Under the pieces are notes generated by a model. It had not been told where the DNA came from and did no database searches. It saw nothing but the letters and a program-made list of their open reading frames with translations. DNA of 64,000 bases. Origin: SAR324 cluster bacterium (GTDB taxonomy: Bacteria; SAR324; NAC60-12). This document shows positions 1-8,785 of the stretch, one piece after another (the first letter of the stretch is position 1; each line of letters opens with the position of its first letter). The DNA lies in the NCBI GenBank assembly GCA_029245725.1, contig JAQWOT010000148.1, positions 50,918 through 114,917 on the forward strand. Reading direction: 5' to 3'. A program made the translations under genes and the position numbers.

Positions 1-251
1 ACCGCAGTTTTTGGTTGGTAAATACAAGGCATACGATACGGAGTGAGGTGAAATGCGGCTTGGGCGTTTGGGGAAAAGCTTCATTAACGACTGGAATTGT
101 CTGATGAGCTAACATGTGCACTGTGAGTGCCGTACGACGAACCAAATTTTAGCAGAACTTTTAAAGTTGTGGTGGGAGAAAGTTCAAATAACAAGGAAGA
201 AAAACTGGTTAGACTCAGCTAGGTAAGCTCTCCAGATCGCAGTTGGAAGTT

Positions 252-1004
252 TTAATCTCCCCATAAATCCAAACTTGCCAGCACCACCATCCGCATGGCC
301 AGCAGCGTCAACACCCATTTGAGAACCACGCGAAATCGTTGATCACTGATCTTGGAGAGGACACGCTGTCCGAGGATATTGCCCGCCACAGCACCCATCA
401 AGAGGGCCAGAATGATCTGCCAATAGGCCAACAGTTCAAAACCAATCAGACCAAAGGCCAAGGTCTTGAACCCATGTTGGAAGCTCATTGCTGCGCCATG
501 GCTGCCCACCACCGATTGTTTGGGCCAATCATCATTGGGTACCACTGACATGACCAGTGGACCTGTGGCACCAAAGAGCATGGACAAGGCTGAAGTGATA
601 GCCCCTGAAAATGCTGGATGCCAACGAAACAGTTTCAGCCATTGGGTGCGCCAGGTGGCGATGAGAATGAACGCCCCTAGGAACAGACCTGCGGATCTCC
701 CGCCCAGCAGCGACACCAATGGCAACACCATGAGTGAACCTGCCGCAGAGCCTAGGAAAAAACCTCTGAGATAATCCCATTCCAGATAGGCACGATGGAC
801 ATAGGCCCGCCCGATATTAGAGAAAAACTGGCCCACTCCATGGATCGGGATCAGCGCTACAGGTGGTAGGATTTGACCGAGCAAGGCAAGCAACAAGACA
901 CCGCCACCTAAACCCAAAGAGGCGGTGATCAGTGAGGTGATGGCCGAGGCCACCCCCACAAAGATCACGTCAAACATCAGAATTAGCAACGTCGCAGGCC
1001 ACAA
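252..1004 (-). CDS. TauE/SafE (TSUP, DUF81) family anion/sulfite exporter-like membrane protein
   Basis: 250-aa polytopic hydrophobic protein with Gly-rich TM helices (LGLGGGVLL, GLIGFELL) typical of the TSUP/TauE family. Its 3' end overlaps the GFA pseudogene remnant. Confidence 0.65.
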   Translation of the reverse strand: MWPATLLILMFDVIFVGVASAITSLITASLGLGGGVLLLALLGQILPPVALIPIHGVGQFFSNIGRAYVHRAYLEWDYLRGFFLGSAAGSLMVLPLVSLLGGRSAGLFLGAFILIATWRTQWLKLFRWHPAFSGAITSALSMLFGATGPLVMSVVPNDDWPKQSVVGSHGAAMSFQHGFKTLAFGLIGFELLAYWQIILALLMGAVAGNILGQRVLSKISDQRFRVVLKWVLTLLAMRMVVLASLDLWGD

Positions 1005-1502
1005 TCCTCATAAATTGTAGCTGCACAGATGGGGAGCAAAAGATGGATTCTTGTCCTCGCTGATCCAGATTTTCCATCATTGCTCCAATTCTTTCAATAA
1101 CAGCTGATTCTTCAAAAGATTCCTTAAGACATCCGTTGTCACGTATCCAAGTTACCTTGTAATTTGTGAATATTTCTATCTTTGGTTCAAATTGTAGAGA
1201 ATCATCAAAAGTTCCCAATGGAATCAACTGAAAGCCATCTAAAAACTCAGGTCTAACAAAAATGCGAGTTGCACAGTTAGCACATGAAAAATAGTGAACA
1301 GGCAGGCCACTTCCTCCAGGGGTTACAAACTCATGGATAGGACCATTTATTTCTAATTCCTCTTTCCCATAGACAGTGAAACCAAAACGGTTCCTCCCAT
1401 TCTTCTACAACGCTGGCAATTGCACTGATAAACCAGCAAGGGATCAAATTCTGTCTGGAAGCGCACTTGCCCGCAGTGACAACTACCTTGATGCTTAATC
1501 AT
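970..1502 (-). pseudogene. GFA (glutathione-dependent formaldehyde-activating / CENP-V) family paralog, disrupted by a frameshift
   Basis: The reverse strand from the ATG at 1502 reads MIKHQGSCHCGQVRFQTEFDPLLVYQCNCQRCRRMGG..., then hits a stop. The rest of the domain (TVYGKEELEINGP...FSCANCATRIF...IPLGTFDDS...NLDQR) continues in another frame and becomes the 970..1227 ORF. The intact paralog at 2537..2989 aligns over its whole length. Confidence 0.6.
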
Positions 1503-1542
1503 AAAAATCCTTGTTTATAGCCTAAATCACTGAAACCAGTTT

Positions 1543-2457
1543 TCAGACTCTGTAGTTTTTTGCCCCAGGAAATAAGCCAGCAACATCTGGGTTGTTTGTT
1601 TCAGAAGGGTCAGGCAGTTCAGCATCAAGGTCATATTGAATCACAGGTTGTGACATGATATCACGACATCGTTTTGCTGCTTCAACACCTGAAAAATCTC
1701 CACTTGGTAGCTCACCATTAGTATCAGTAAAACCATAATCTATAGCTAATTCTGCAGTATGAATGACTTTGCCATTTAGTTTAGCTAAATCTTCTTTCGA
1801 GGCTTTGTTAAGGAGAGCTGCAACAGCTCTTCCCGAAAAGATAGCAGTTTCACCACCTGGAAATGCTGTCACCTCGGTTACCGCAGCTCCAGGATACAAG
1901 GTGATAGCCTGAACACCATGAGGTTTCAGTTCAGCTGCCATATCAGTTGTGAGCCTATCCAATGCGGATTTGCCTACTCCATATCCTATATCAAATAGGT
2001 ACTGAACACCTCCGAAACTAGAAACTTGAACCATTAAGCCAGATTTCTGTTTTACCATTACCGGAGCCAACAAACTACTCATCACGTAGGAGCTTCTAAG
2101 CCCAGTCTTGATGGATGCATCAAAAACAGAGATGGGACGTTCCCAAAAAGGTTTACCACAGTGCGGTGCTATAGCGATAAGGCCTGCATAAGCGCTATTC
2201 ACCAATAAATCGATTTGATTTTCTTTTCCCGCGACCTCCTTCACAAAAGTTTGAGTAGCCTGATCATCATTTTGATCTAGCGCATAGGGAATCACACTAC
2301 CATTACCACTGGAGACCTCATCTGCAAGAGCTTCAAGTGCTTCTTTATCTCGAGCAGCTGCATAAACCCTACATCCTTCTTCTTTTGCTAAAACGAGTGC
2401 GATTCCACGCCCCATACCTCTTGAAGCTCCAGTAACTATACAGATCTTTCTATCCAT
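1543..2457 (-). CDS. short-chain dehydrogenase/reductase (SDR) family oxidoreductase
   Basis: N-terminal TGASRGMGRGIA Rossmann motif (TGxxxGxG), a NSAYAG-like segment and a YxxxK-type catalytic region. 304 aa. Confidence 0.8.
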   Translation of the reverse strand: MDRKICIVTGASRGMGRGIALVLAKEEGCRVYAAARDKEALEALADEVSSGNGSVIPYALDQNDDQATQTFVKEVAGKENQIDLLVNSAYAGLIAIAPHCGKPFWERPISVFDASIKTGLRSSYVMSSLLAPVMVKQKSGLMVQVSSFGGVQYLFDIGYGVGKSALDRLTTDMAAELKPHGVQAITLYPGAAVTEVTAFPGGETAIFSGRAVAALLNKASKEDLAKLNGKVIHTAELAIDYGFTDTNGELPSGDFSGVEAAKRCRDIMSQPVIQYDLDAELPDPSETNNPDVAGLFPGAKNYRV

Positions 2458-2536
2458 TATTTTCTACTCTGTTTTGTAATTTTTTTAATTGGCTATAGGG
2501 CACTTTTCTTTGATGAAAGTACCCTTTTTGTTTTCC

Positions 2537-2989
2537 TTAATTGCGCTGATCCAAGTTTTCCATTAGTGCTTGCATTCTTTCGACAACGGCAGCCTCCTTA
2601 AAAGACTCCTCGACACAACCATCATTAGTGAGCCAATCTAAGCCATAGTTTCTATAATATTCAATTCGGGGCTTCAGTTCTCTATTATCATCAAAAGCTC
2701 CAATTGGCAGGAACATAAAACCATCAAAAGCATCAGCATAAGCATGTGTACGAGTTCCACATTCTGGACAGAAATGTAAATGCATTGGCATTCCACTGCC
2801 ACCCATAAAGTCATAGCTTTTGGATTCACCTGTCACTTCAATATCACTTGAACCGTAGATAGTATAGACTCCTACGGTACCCATTAATCTTCTACAGCGG
2901 TTACAGTTGCACTGGGAAACCAACATCGGATCATACTCAGTTGTGAATCTAACTTTCCCACAGTGACAGCCACCTTGATGCTTGATCAT
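2537..2989 (-). CDS. GFA family protein (glutathione-dependent formaldehyde-activating enzyme-like, Zn-binding Cys cluster)
   Basis: 150 aa with CHCGKVRF...CNCNRCRR...CPECGT Cys motifs characteristic of GFA/CENP-V. Intact paralog of the 970..1502 pseudogene. Confidence 0.8.
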   Translation of the reverse strand: MIKHQGGCHCGKVRFTTEYDPMLVSQCNCNRCRRLMGTVGVYTIYGSSDIEVTGESKSYDFMGGSGMPMHLHFCPECGTRTHAYADAFDGFMFLPIGAFDDNRELKPRIEYYRNYGLDWLTNDGCVEESFKEAAVVERMQALMENLDQRN

Positions 2990-3191
2990 TCTTTGTCTCC
3001 AACACTAGTTAATGAATTAGTCCCATAACTTAGAAGATTCTCTTTAAAGCTATGGACTGTGATTTCACTACTAACCTCATCAACACAAGATCTTAGCAGT
3101 GAGTAAGGTTCTTTTGTGTTCTGGACTAAGACCTCTCATCTAGTCGATCAAATAATAGAAAAAATGCTACCATCAGGCATCCTAGCCATCC

Positions 3192-4562
3192 TCACTTCAC
3201 ACGAAAAATGAGCATCGTTTGATCATCCTTAAGCGGTTCCGTTCCACGATAGTTCTCGATGGCAATCGAGATGTTATTGGCAACTTTCTGTGGAGAGTGA
3301 TCACTCCAAATTTGTAAAGACTTCGTCAACTGGTGCTTACCGAACAGCCTTGGATTTTCCCCTTCATTCATCACATCGGTGATGCCATCGGTGTACATCA
3401 CAAAGATCTGATCCTGCACAGGGATTAGGCTGGTTTTGAATGCATAATTGAGTGGCACTCGCACACTCCCTACAGATTTTCGGTCCCCCTTCAATTCCTC
3501 AACTTGCCCATCTCCGGAGATCACCAGCATACCGTTGCGGGCACTGGCGAATGAAAGTTCTTTCTGCTCACGATGGTAGATGCAGATACTGCCATCAAAA
3601 CCCTCATCTGAAGTCGATTCGGCTTTGTCATGCTGATTCAAAATGTTTTTGATCAATTGATGGACAGTGGTTAGGTATTGTCCTGCGCTCTTAACCGCTG
3701 GATCGTTCATCGCTCGGTCAAAAGCAGCACTCGTGATTGTGGACAGCAGCGCACCGGGAACCCCATGACCCGTGCAGTCCAACACAGCAATCACCACGTC
3801 ATCTCCAAGATCTTCCAGAATGTAGATATCGCCACCAACAATGTTCAGCGGCTTCCAGACAATACTCACATCCAGATCCGAAGGAATTTTCTTCGGCAGC
3901 AAAGCGTTCTGAATACGAGAAGCCGAGCGGATCGACTTATGAATCTCCTCACGGGCTTCCTCAACAAGTTGTCGTTGACGAGCCACTTCCTTGGTGAGGT
4001 TGTTGCTGAGCTTAGCCTTCAGATTGAGACGTGCGATTTGCTTACTCAGTTGCTGGACCTCGGCCAGAGCCAGAATTTTTTCGGTCACCATCTTGGCAAG
4101 CCCATTCAGTAACTCGATCTGCTCTGAAACTGGGCTGGTTTGAGGAGTGCCGCTGATGCCAAAGAGGGTTCCGATCGCTAGGCCTTCCGGATTGATCAGA
4201 GGCACCCCCACATAAAATCTGCGCTGGATCTCCAGATGGTTTTCAGTGCCATCATTTCGTTCGTCTTTCTCCCAATCCTCAATGACCAGGCTATCCAGCA
4301 TGTTCATAGTCAGATTGCAGATGGAGCCGGTCCTCGGAGTCTCTGTCTTGTTCAATCCGGCTTCAGCCAGGAAATGTTGCTTGGTCTCATCTAGAATTGA
4401 GATACCCGCTGCTTCTACACCCAGCAGGTTCTTGATCAACCCAGGCACAACCTGAATTTCACTTTTGCGCAACTTGTCCAGATTGCCAAGATTTGAGATC
4501 GACTCTAGGCGCTTGATTTCCTGCTGCTTGAGCAGTGCTGCCTGATCCAGTTCTGTTTCCAT
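3192..4562 (-). CDS. GAF domain + PP2C-type (SpoIIE/RsbU-like) serine/threonine phosphatase, SiaA-like partner-switch phosphatase
   Basis: N-terminal GAF-like region, a central coiled-coil linker and C-terminal PP2C motifs (GGDIYILED, VLDCTGHGVPGAL, MYTDGITD). No TM segments, so it is cytoplasmic. Confidence 0.8.
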   Translation of the reverse strand: METELDQAALLKQQEIKRLESISNLGNLDKLRKSEIQVVPGLIKNLLGVEAAGISILDETKQHFLAEAGLNKTETPRTGSICNLTMNMLDSLVIEDWEKDERNDGTENHLEIQRRFYVGVPLINPEGLAIGTLFGISGTPQTSPVSEQIELLNGLAKMVTEKILALAEVQQLSKQIARLNLKAKLSNNLTKEVARQRQLVEEAREEIHKSIRSASRIQNALLPKKIPSDLDVSIVWKPLNIVGGDIYILEDLGDDVVIAVLDCTGHGVPGALLSTITSAAFDRAMNDPAVKSAGQYLTTVHQLIKNILNQHDKAESTSDEGFDGSICIYHREQKELSFASARNGMLVISGDGQVEELKGDRKSVGSVRVPLNYAFKTSLIPVQDQIFVMYTDGITDVMNEGENPRLFGKHQLTKSLQIWSDHSPQKVANNISIAIENYRGTEPLKDDQTMLIFRVK

Positions 4563-4592
4563 AACCCTCTGAAGTACTCTAAATCATCTAGT

Positions 4593-5648
4593 TCAATTTC
4601 GGTTTTCTGTTGAATTCACAACAAGATGTCTCGCCTGCCGTAGTAAATCCTGAAGCGCCGCACTGACCTCTGGGGAGAGTTGGCTAGGATCAATCTCCAA
4701 GTCCAAACCTGGAGCATGAAGGGCTAAGGCCTGGGTGCGGTCCTGTTCAATACTCTCCTGGACCACATAGGTCTGGATCGGACGAGCAAAGCCCTTGACC
4801 TGGATTACCTCTTTGGGAACACAGTTGAAGTGATCCTGCACCAGCAACATTGTCTCCTCACTGATCAGCACCTCGCCTAGCTTGGCTGCTGATTCCAGTC
4901 TTGATGCCAAGTTGACGTGATTCCCGATCGCCGTGTAATCCAGCCGATTCTCAGAGCCGAAGTTCCCGACTGTGCAGATTCCCGAGTTGATCCCACAACG
5001 AATGCGGAAAGGACGAGAAACTCCCATTGTACGCAAGGTCACATTCAACTGATCCGTCTTGCTCTGCATCGCCATCGCCATCGCCACACAGCGGGTCGCA
5101 TCCTGTTGTGGGCCATCTGTCTCAGGATCGCCAAAGAAAGCCATCACCGCGTCACCGATGTACTTGTCGATGGTGGCACCATGAGAGATCGCTATCTGGG
5201 CCATCTCATTTAAGTAGGCATTGAGAGATCGAGTGAGGATTTCTGGTTCAAGCTGGTCAGTAATCTCCGTGAAGGAAGCAATATCTGAAAAGAAGACAGT
5301 CAGGAACTTGCGATCCGCTCCTACTCTTACTTCCGCTTTACCTGAAAAAATCGATTCGTAGACTTGGGGAGAGAGGTACTTGGAGAGCTTGACCGAGAGC
5401 GATTCCAGCTTCTCATTTTGATCACTGAGGGTAGCGTTGAGGAGAGATTGCTCATCTGAAAGGCGGCGAATTTCTGCTTCACTGCGATCCGACATCTTGA
5501 TCAGTCGGCGTGTGCGCTTGAGCAATTTTTCATAGCCCTTCAGCAGTGCTGAAAAAGCCTCTGGGGTCAGATCCTCTGCCTGAAGATGCTGCTCAGCCTG
5601 CTCGAGGATTTGTTTTTCCGTAGCAAAAAGGTCATTGCTCATAACCAT
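4593..5648 (-). CDS. class III adenylate/guanylate cyclase (CHD domain) with an N-terminal coiled-coil region
   Basis: CHD signature motifs FFSDIASFT, IGDAVMAFFG, RCGINSGICTVGNFG and NLASRLE. About 110 aa of coiled coil precede the catalytic domain. Start chosen at MVMSNDL; the ATG two codons downstream is also possible. Confidence 0.85.
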   Translation of the reverse strand: MVMSNDLFATEKQILEQAEQHLQAEDLTPEAFSALLKGYEKLLKRTRRLIKMSDRSEAEIRRLSDEQSLLNATLSDQNEKLESLSVKLSKYLSPQVYESIFSGKAEVRVGADRKFLTVFFSDIASFTEITDQLEPEILTRSLNAYLNEMAQIAISHGATIDKYIGDAVMAFFGDPETDGPQQDATRCVAMAMAMQSKTDQLNVTLRTMGVSRPFRIRCGINSGICTVGNFGSENRLDYTAIGNHVNLASRLESAAKLGEVLISEETMLLVQDHFNCVPKEVIQVKGFARPIQTYVVQESIEQDRTQALALHAPGLDLEIDPSQLSPEVSAALQDLLRQARHLVVNSTENRN

Positions 5649-5756
5649 TCCAACCCTAAAAAACCACACATAAGTTGATGCCTCAACACACCTAGTCCAT
5701 ATAAGACAGCATTCTCTCCTTCGTGTTTGCCATGATCATCGGCAAAACGATTCACA

Positions 5757-6284
5757 TCAACTGGAAGCTTCCTTGATCCAGACCTTGAAGACAAAGAGTA
5801 GTTCCATGGATCCCACAAAATCAAACTCGAATCGATCTGCTTTACGGGCCATTTCAATAAAACCCAAACCAGCTCCTTTGCTGCCCTCAGGTGGTCCATC
5901 ACGTAAGCGTTGCTTGTAGGCCTTGCGCAGCTCCTTGCTGTCCATCGCTTTCAATTCTGCCAAGTTCTGTCGGAGGTTCTCTACATTTTGCTCATCCATC
6001 GGGTTGATCGCTTCAACCAGGAAACCATCTTCAGCCCGGCTGATGGCAACCGTACCAGTCCCTCCAGTGGCAATCCGTTCCTTGGAGTAGCGAATCACGT
6101 TCTGGGCTTGCTCAACAAAGATGCCAAAGACTCGCTTGGTGATTTCAGCATCATCCTCCATCTCGTTCACCTGCTCACGGACAATGCCAGAAAAAGTCGA
6201 CAGCACGTCCTCAGAAAGGAGTCCGGAGTAGCAGAAGAAGGTTCTACGCTGTTCTAGCAGTTTATGGAAATCCTGAGACTGCAT
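5757..6284 (-). CDS. SiaB-like small protein kinase (GHKL-like ATP-binding fold, RsbW-type partner-switch kinase)
   Basis: 175 aa, soluble, with a G2-box-like GAGLGF motif and an N-box-like EQAQNVIRY. It sits between the DUF1987 gene and the cyclase, as siaB does in siaABCD. Assignment from motif plus context; family membership not verified. Confidence 0.5.
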   Translation of the reverse strand: MQSQDFHKLLEQRRTFFCYSGLLSEDVLSTFSGIVREQVNEMEDDAEITKRVFGIFVEQAQNVIRYSKERIATGGTGTVAISRAEDGFLVEAINPMDEQNVENLRQNLAELKAMDSKELRKAYKQRLRDGPPEGSKGAGLGFIEMARKADRFEFDFVGSMELLFVFKVWIKEASS

Positions 6285-6307
6285 GGAAACTCTCTCTTGG
6301 GGTTGGT

Positions 6308-6667
6308 TCAGATTTCGACGATTTGATATTGCGCGTGTTCGAAGTCTTCCTCGAAGTCCTCTCCAGCTTCCTGCATGGAACTATCATCAGCCCGGTAGCA
6401 CCAATCAATGGAGATCTGCTTGCCTGATTCGGCGGCCTCCTCCAATTCCTCAAAGAAATCAAAGAGGAATTTTGCAGAGGAGCTGTTGAAGTAATAGAGT
6501 TCAATCCGCACCTGAAAGGATTCCACACTTTCTAACTGGTCTCTCAAGGCTTGCATCACCGGCTCTGCAAACGCGGTGATGTCTTCCGGATAGCACTCGC
6601 CCTTCATTTCTATCCCTGTTAAAGATACCGAGACCGCCGGGGTACGATTCGTCGCGTCTAGCTGCAT
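6308..6667 (-). CDS. DUF1987 / SiaC-like phospho-acceptor regulatory protein (STAS-like)
   Basis: 119 aa from the internal start MQLDATN. Motifs GECYPED, YYFNSSS (Ser cluster matching the SiaC phospho-Thr position), FLFDFFEELEE and ISIDWCY fit the SiaC/DUF1987 pattern. The ORF track extends it upstream to 6751 using an earlier ATG. Confidence 0.65.
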   Translation of the reverse strand: MQLDATNRTPAVSVSLTGIEMKGECYPEDITAFAEPVMQALRDQLESVESFQVRIELYYFNSSSAKFLFDFFEELEEAAESGKQISIDWCYRADDSSMQEAGEDFEEDFEHAQYQIVEI

Positions 6668-6899
6668 ACAATCACTCCAAATTCTGGATGGTTTTTCTGC
6701 TTCGTGCTTCTTGTAGGTAGCCTTTGATAAAATAGCAAACCCTAGTTGCAAATGGCAGCTTGATGAGTTTAATTTTTTGATTTCTCAAGCAATCAAGGTT
6801 TGGTCACCACGTTAGTTGACTGCCTTAGCAGGCTGTTGGATTGTCGCTCACTTGGCTTTATTACAGAAGCAGAATTTCGAAGGGTTTTGGGGAATCGTT

Positions 6900-6918
6900 T
6901 GGTCTACTATATAGACCA
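6900..6918. promoter_or_regulatory. inverted repeat TGGTCTA-ctata-TAGACCA
   Basis: Perfect 7-bp arms with a 5-nt spacer in the 260-bp non-coding stretch between the lipoprotein operon end and the Sia-like operon start. Confidence 0.25.
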
Positions 6919-7013
6919 CAAAAATGGCTTGGTGAGTGTCCAAAGATGTAAAAGAACTGCAATAAAATTGGGTAACATACTTATTGATTTACAAGAACAA
7001 AATCCTCAAAAGC

Positions 7014-8651
7014 CTATTCCATAAAATTACAGTTGACTTGAGCAGAATTCGGGACCCAATTACAACTCTCAGAGATGACATTAATTGGATTGCACGCTGT
7101 AAGCTGAAGGCTAACGCTGCCAAAGTAGTCCCAGTTATCAACATTGAGGATAGTTTCCACGTAACCACTTTGATTAACCGTTGCATTGATCAAAACTGGT
7201 TTGATGGATTCTTGAAGTTCTTGTGGGGGATTGATGGCCCAGTATGTACTCAACGAGGCAATATCATCATCAGAGACCGTACCCCTCACAGCAATCGTAT
7301 TTTCACTGGTTGGTACCAGTGAAATAGACAGGATAATCGGATCGAATTGCACTGAGACACCATCAGAAAACTCACACAAAATATTTTGGACAGCGTTAAA
7401 GGCTTGTTGGTTTAATTCGTCGAATTCAGAAAGCAGGGCTTCTTCAACAACCTGATCATTATTTGGAAGTAATTCCACAAGACCGGCTGTTAAACCAGTT
7501 AGCTGTAAATTCAGAGCAAGCTTGCTTTCCTCAGTCAAAATTCTAGAGATTTCGGGATTACTGAGAGTTTCATCCACAGCTTGACCGACCAGTGAAGGGA
7601 GATCTTCCGAGATAGATCTTTCCCCACCTTGAGCTAATTTATTTGCAAGGATTGACAATGCGCTGAATTGTTGTTGAGTGCTCTGTATGATTGGGTTTGA
7701 GCCACCTACCAACAACATCCAATAGGCCTCTGTCACCTTGGCAAGTTTCAAAAGTGCTCCTGGAATTCCTTGCGGAGAAGCAATATCTGCACGCCAGTCT
7801 CCACTCTGCGCAAAGATGCTTTCTAGAGCAGGATCTGCTGTAACCAGAGTAGTCAGTGGAGTGATATGCACTTCTATTTGTCTATCCTCAGGTAGCGTGG
7901 CCAACATGGGGGCAGCTGGAATATAAACACCTGAAGCTCCGAGTCTGACCCCCCCTACTGTAGTAAGGACATAGTCAAGATAGTCTGGTGCTAAATCGTA
8001 TTCGCCAACTGGACCAGAAATAGTAAAATTTTCATCTTCATCCAACTTCTGATTTATGCTTCCATCTGGCTCAATCCGATCTGCCCAGACATTTGCTCCC
8101 ATCACATAGTTTTGGGCTAGCCTTCCAGACAATTGACGGGCCAATTGAATAGAAAGTATTGAGGATCTCTCGCCATTGATTATCAAGGTGCTTTCCGTAT
8201 TAGAAACAGAGAAAACCTCACTTTTACCGAAATCAATTGGATTTAAGAGTGGTGATTGCCCAAGCAGCCACTGCTCCAGTTCAAAGGACGTGTGATTTTC
8301 CTGGAAACGGTAGATGAATAGGTAGAGTTTTTCATTGGTTGGGAGGAGCAGTGAAACCGTGTTGTCAAGAGTCTTGACCCTATTCCAATCTAGGACATCA
8401 CTCAAGTCAGGGCCGTGTTCAGAAAATTCTGTCCTGGTCCGCACAACGACTGCCAATTCCGAACCTCTGGTTTCCGTTCCACTTCGGCTTAATTTTGAAG
8501 GGGCACTGGATTGAAGACTCAGGTGAAGTTTCACCCAACTATTTTCTATTTCTTTTGGAAGTTCACCACAGGAGTATAGGAGGAATGCAAGTGTCCAAGT
8601 TAGCAAATACAAGATCACTCTGTCGAGTGATCTTAAGACTTGAGGGACCAT
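7014..8651 (-). CDS. lipoprotein of unknown function (paralog A of a tandem pair)
   Basis: Signal peptide with lipobox LLYSC. Shares long blocks with the 8786..10021 product (GANVWADR / GAQVWFDRF; AAPMLATLPEDRQ...ITPLTTLV / AAPMLAPLPSEGQ...ITPLTTLV; SGDWRADIAS / LGDWNSDIAAS; FDPIILSISL / FDPIISKITL). Confidence 0.7.
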   Translation of the reverse strand: MVPQVLRSLDRVILYLLTWTLAFLLYSCGELPKEIENSWVKLHLSLQSSAPSKLSRSGTETRGSELAVVVRTRTEFSEHGPDLSDVLDWNRVKTLDNTVSLLLPTNEKLYLFIYRFQENHTSFELEQWLLGQSPLLNPIDFGKSEVFSVSNTESTLIINGERSSILSIQLARQLSGRLAQNYVMGANVWADRIEPDGSINQKLDEDENFTISGPVGEYDLAPDYLDYVLTTVGGVRLGASGVYIPAAPMLATLPEDRQIEVHITPLTTLVTADPALESIFAQSGDWRADIASPQGIPGALLKLAKVTEAYWMLLVGGSNPIIQSTQQQFSALSILANKLAQGGERSISEDLPSLVGQAVDETLSNPEISRILTEESKLALNLQLTGLTAGLVELLPNNDQVVEEALLSEFDELNQQAFNAVQNILCEFSDGVSVQFDPIILSISLVPTSENTIAVRGTVSDDDIASLSTYWAINPPQELQESIKPVLINATVNQSGYVETILNVDNWDYFGSVSLQLTACNPINVISESCNWVPNSAQVNCNFME

Positions 8652-8785
8652 GAAGGTGGGTCATTTAGCAAGTGACAGAAATTCAAACAAATTCCATGGA
8701 TCCATTATTGAAATCATTCGCTGAGAAATTTACAAATTGTCAGATTTATTCATGTTATTACAAGTGCAGTATTCTTGATATACTC

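Noticed and set aside
1-251. Possible tRNA or other RNA gene in the leading 250 bp
   Set aside because: No cloverleaf-compatible acceptor or anticodon arrangement is evident by eye. The region is more likely the 3' flank of a gene outside the window.
6800-7024. 74-aa plus-strand ORF in the gap between the Sia-like operon and the lipoprotein operon
   Set aside because: No RBS or recognisable motif, and it overlaps the lipoprotein gene's 3' end. It lies in a non-coding stretch surrounded by minus-strand genes, so it is probably spurious.
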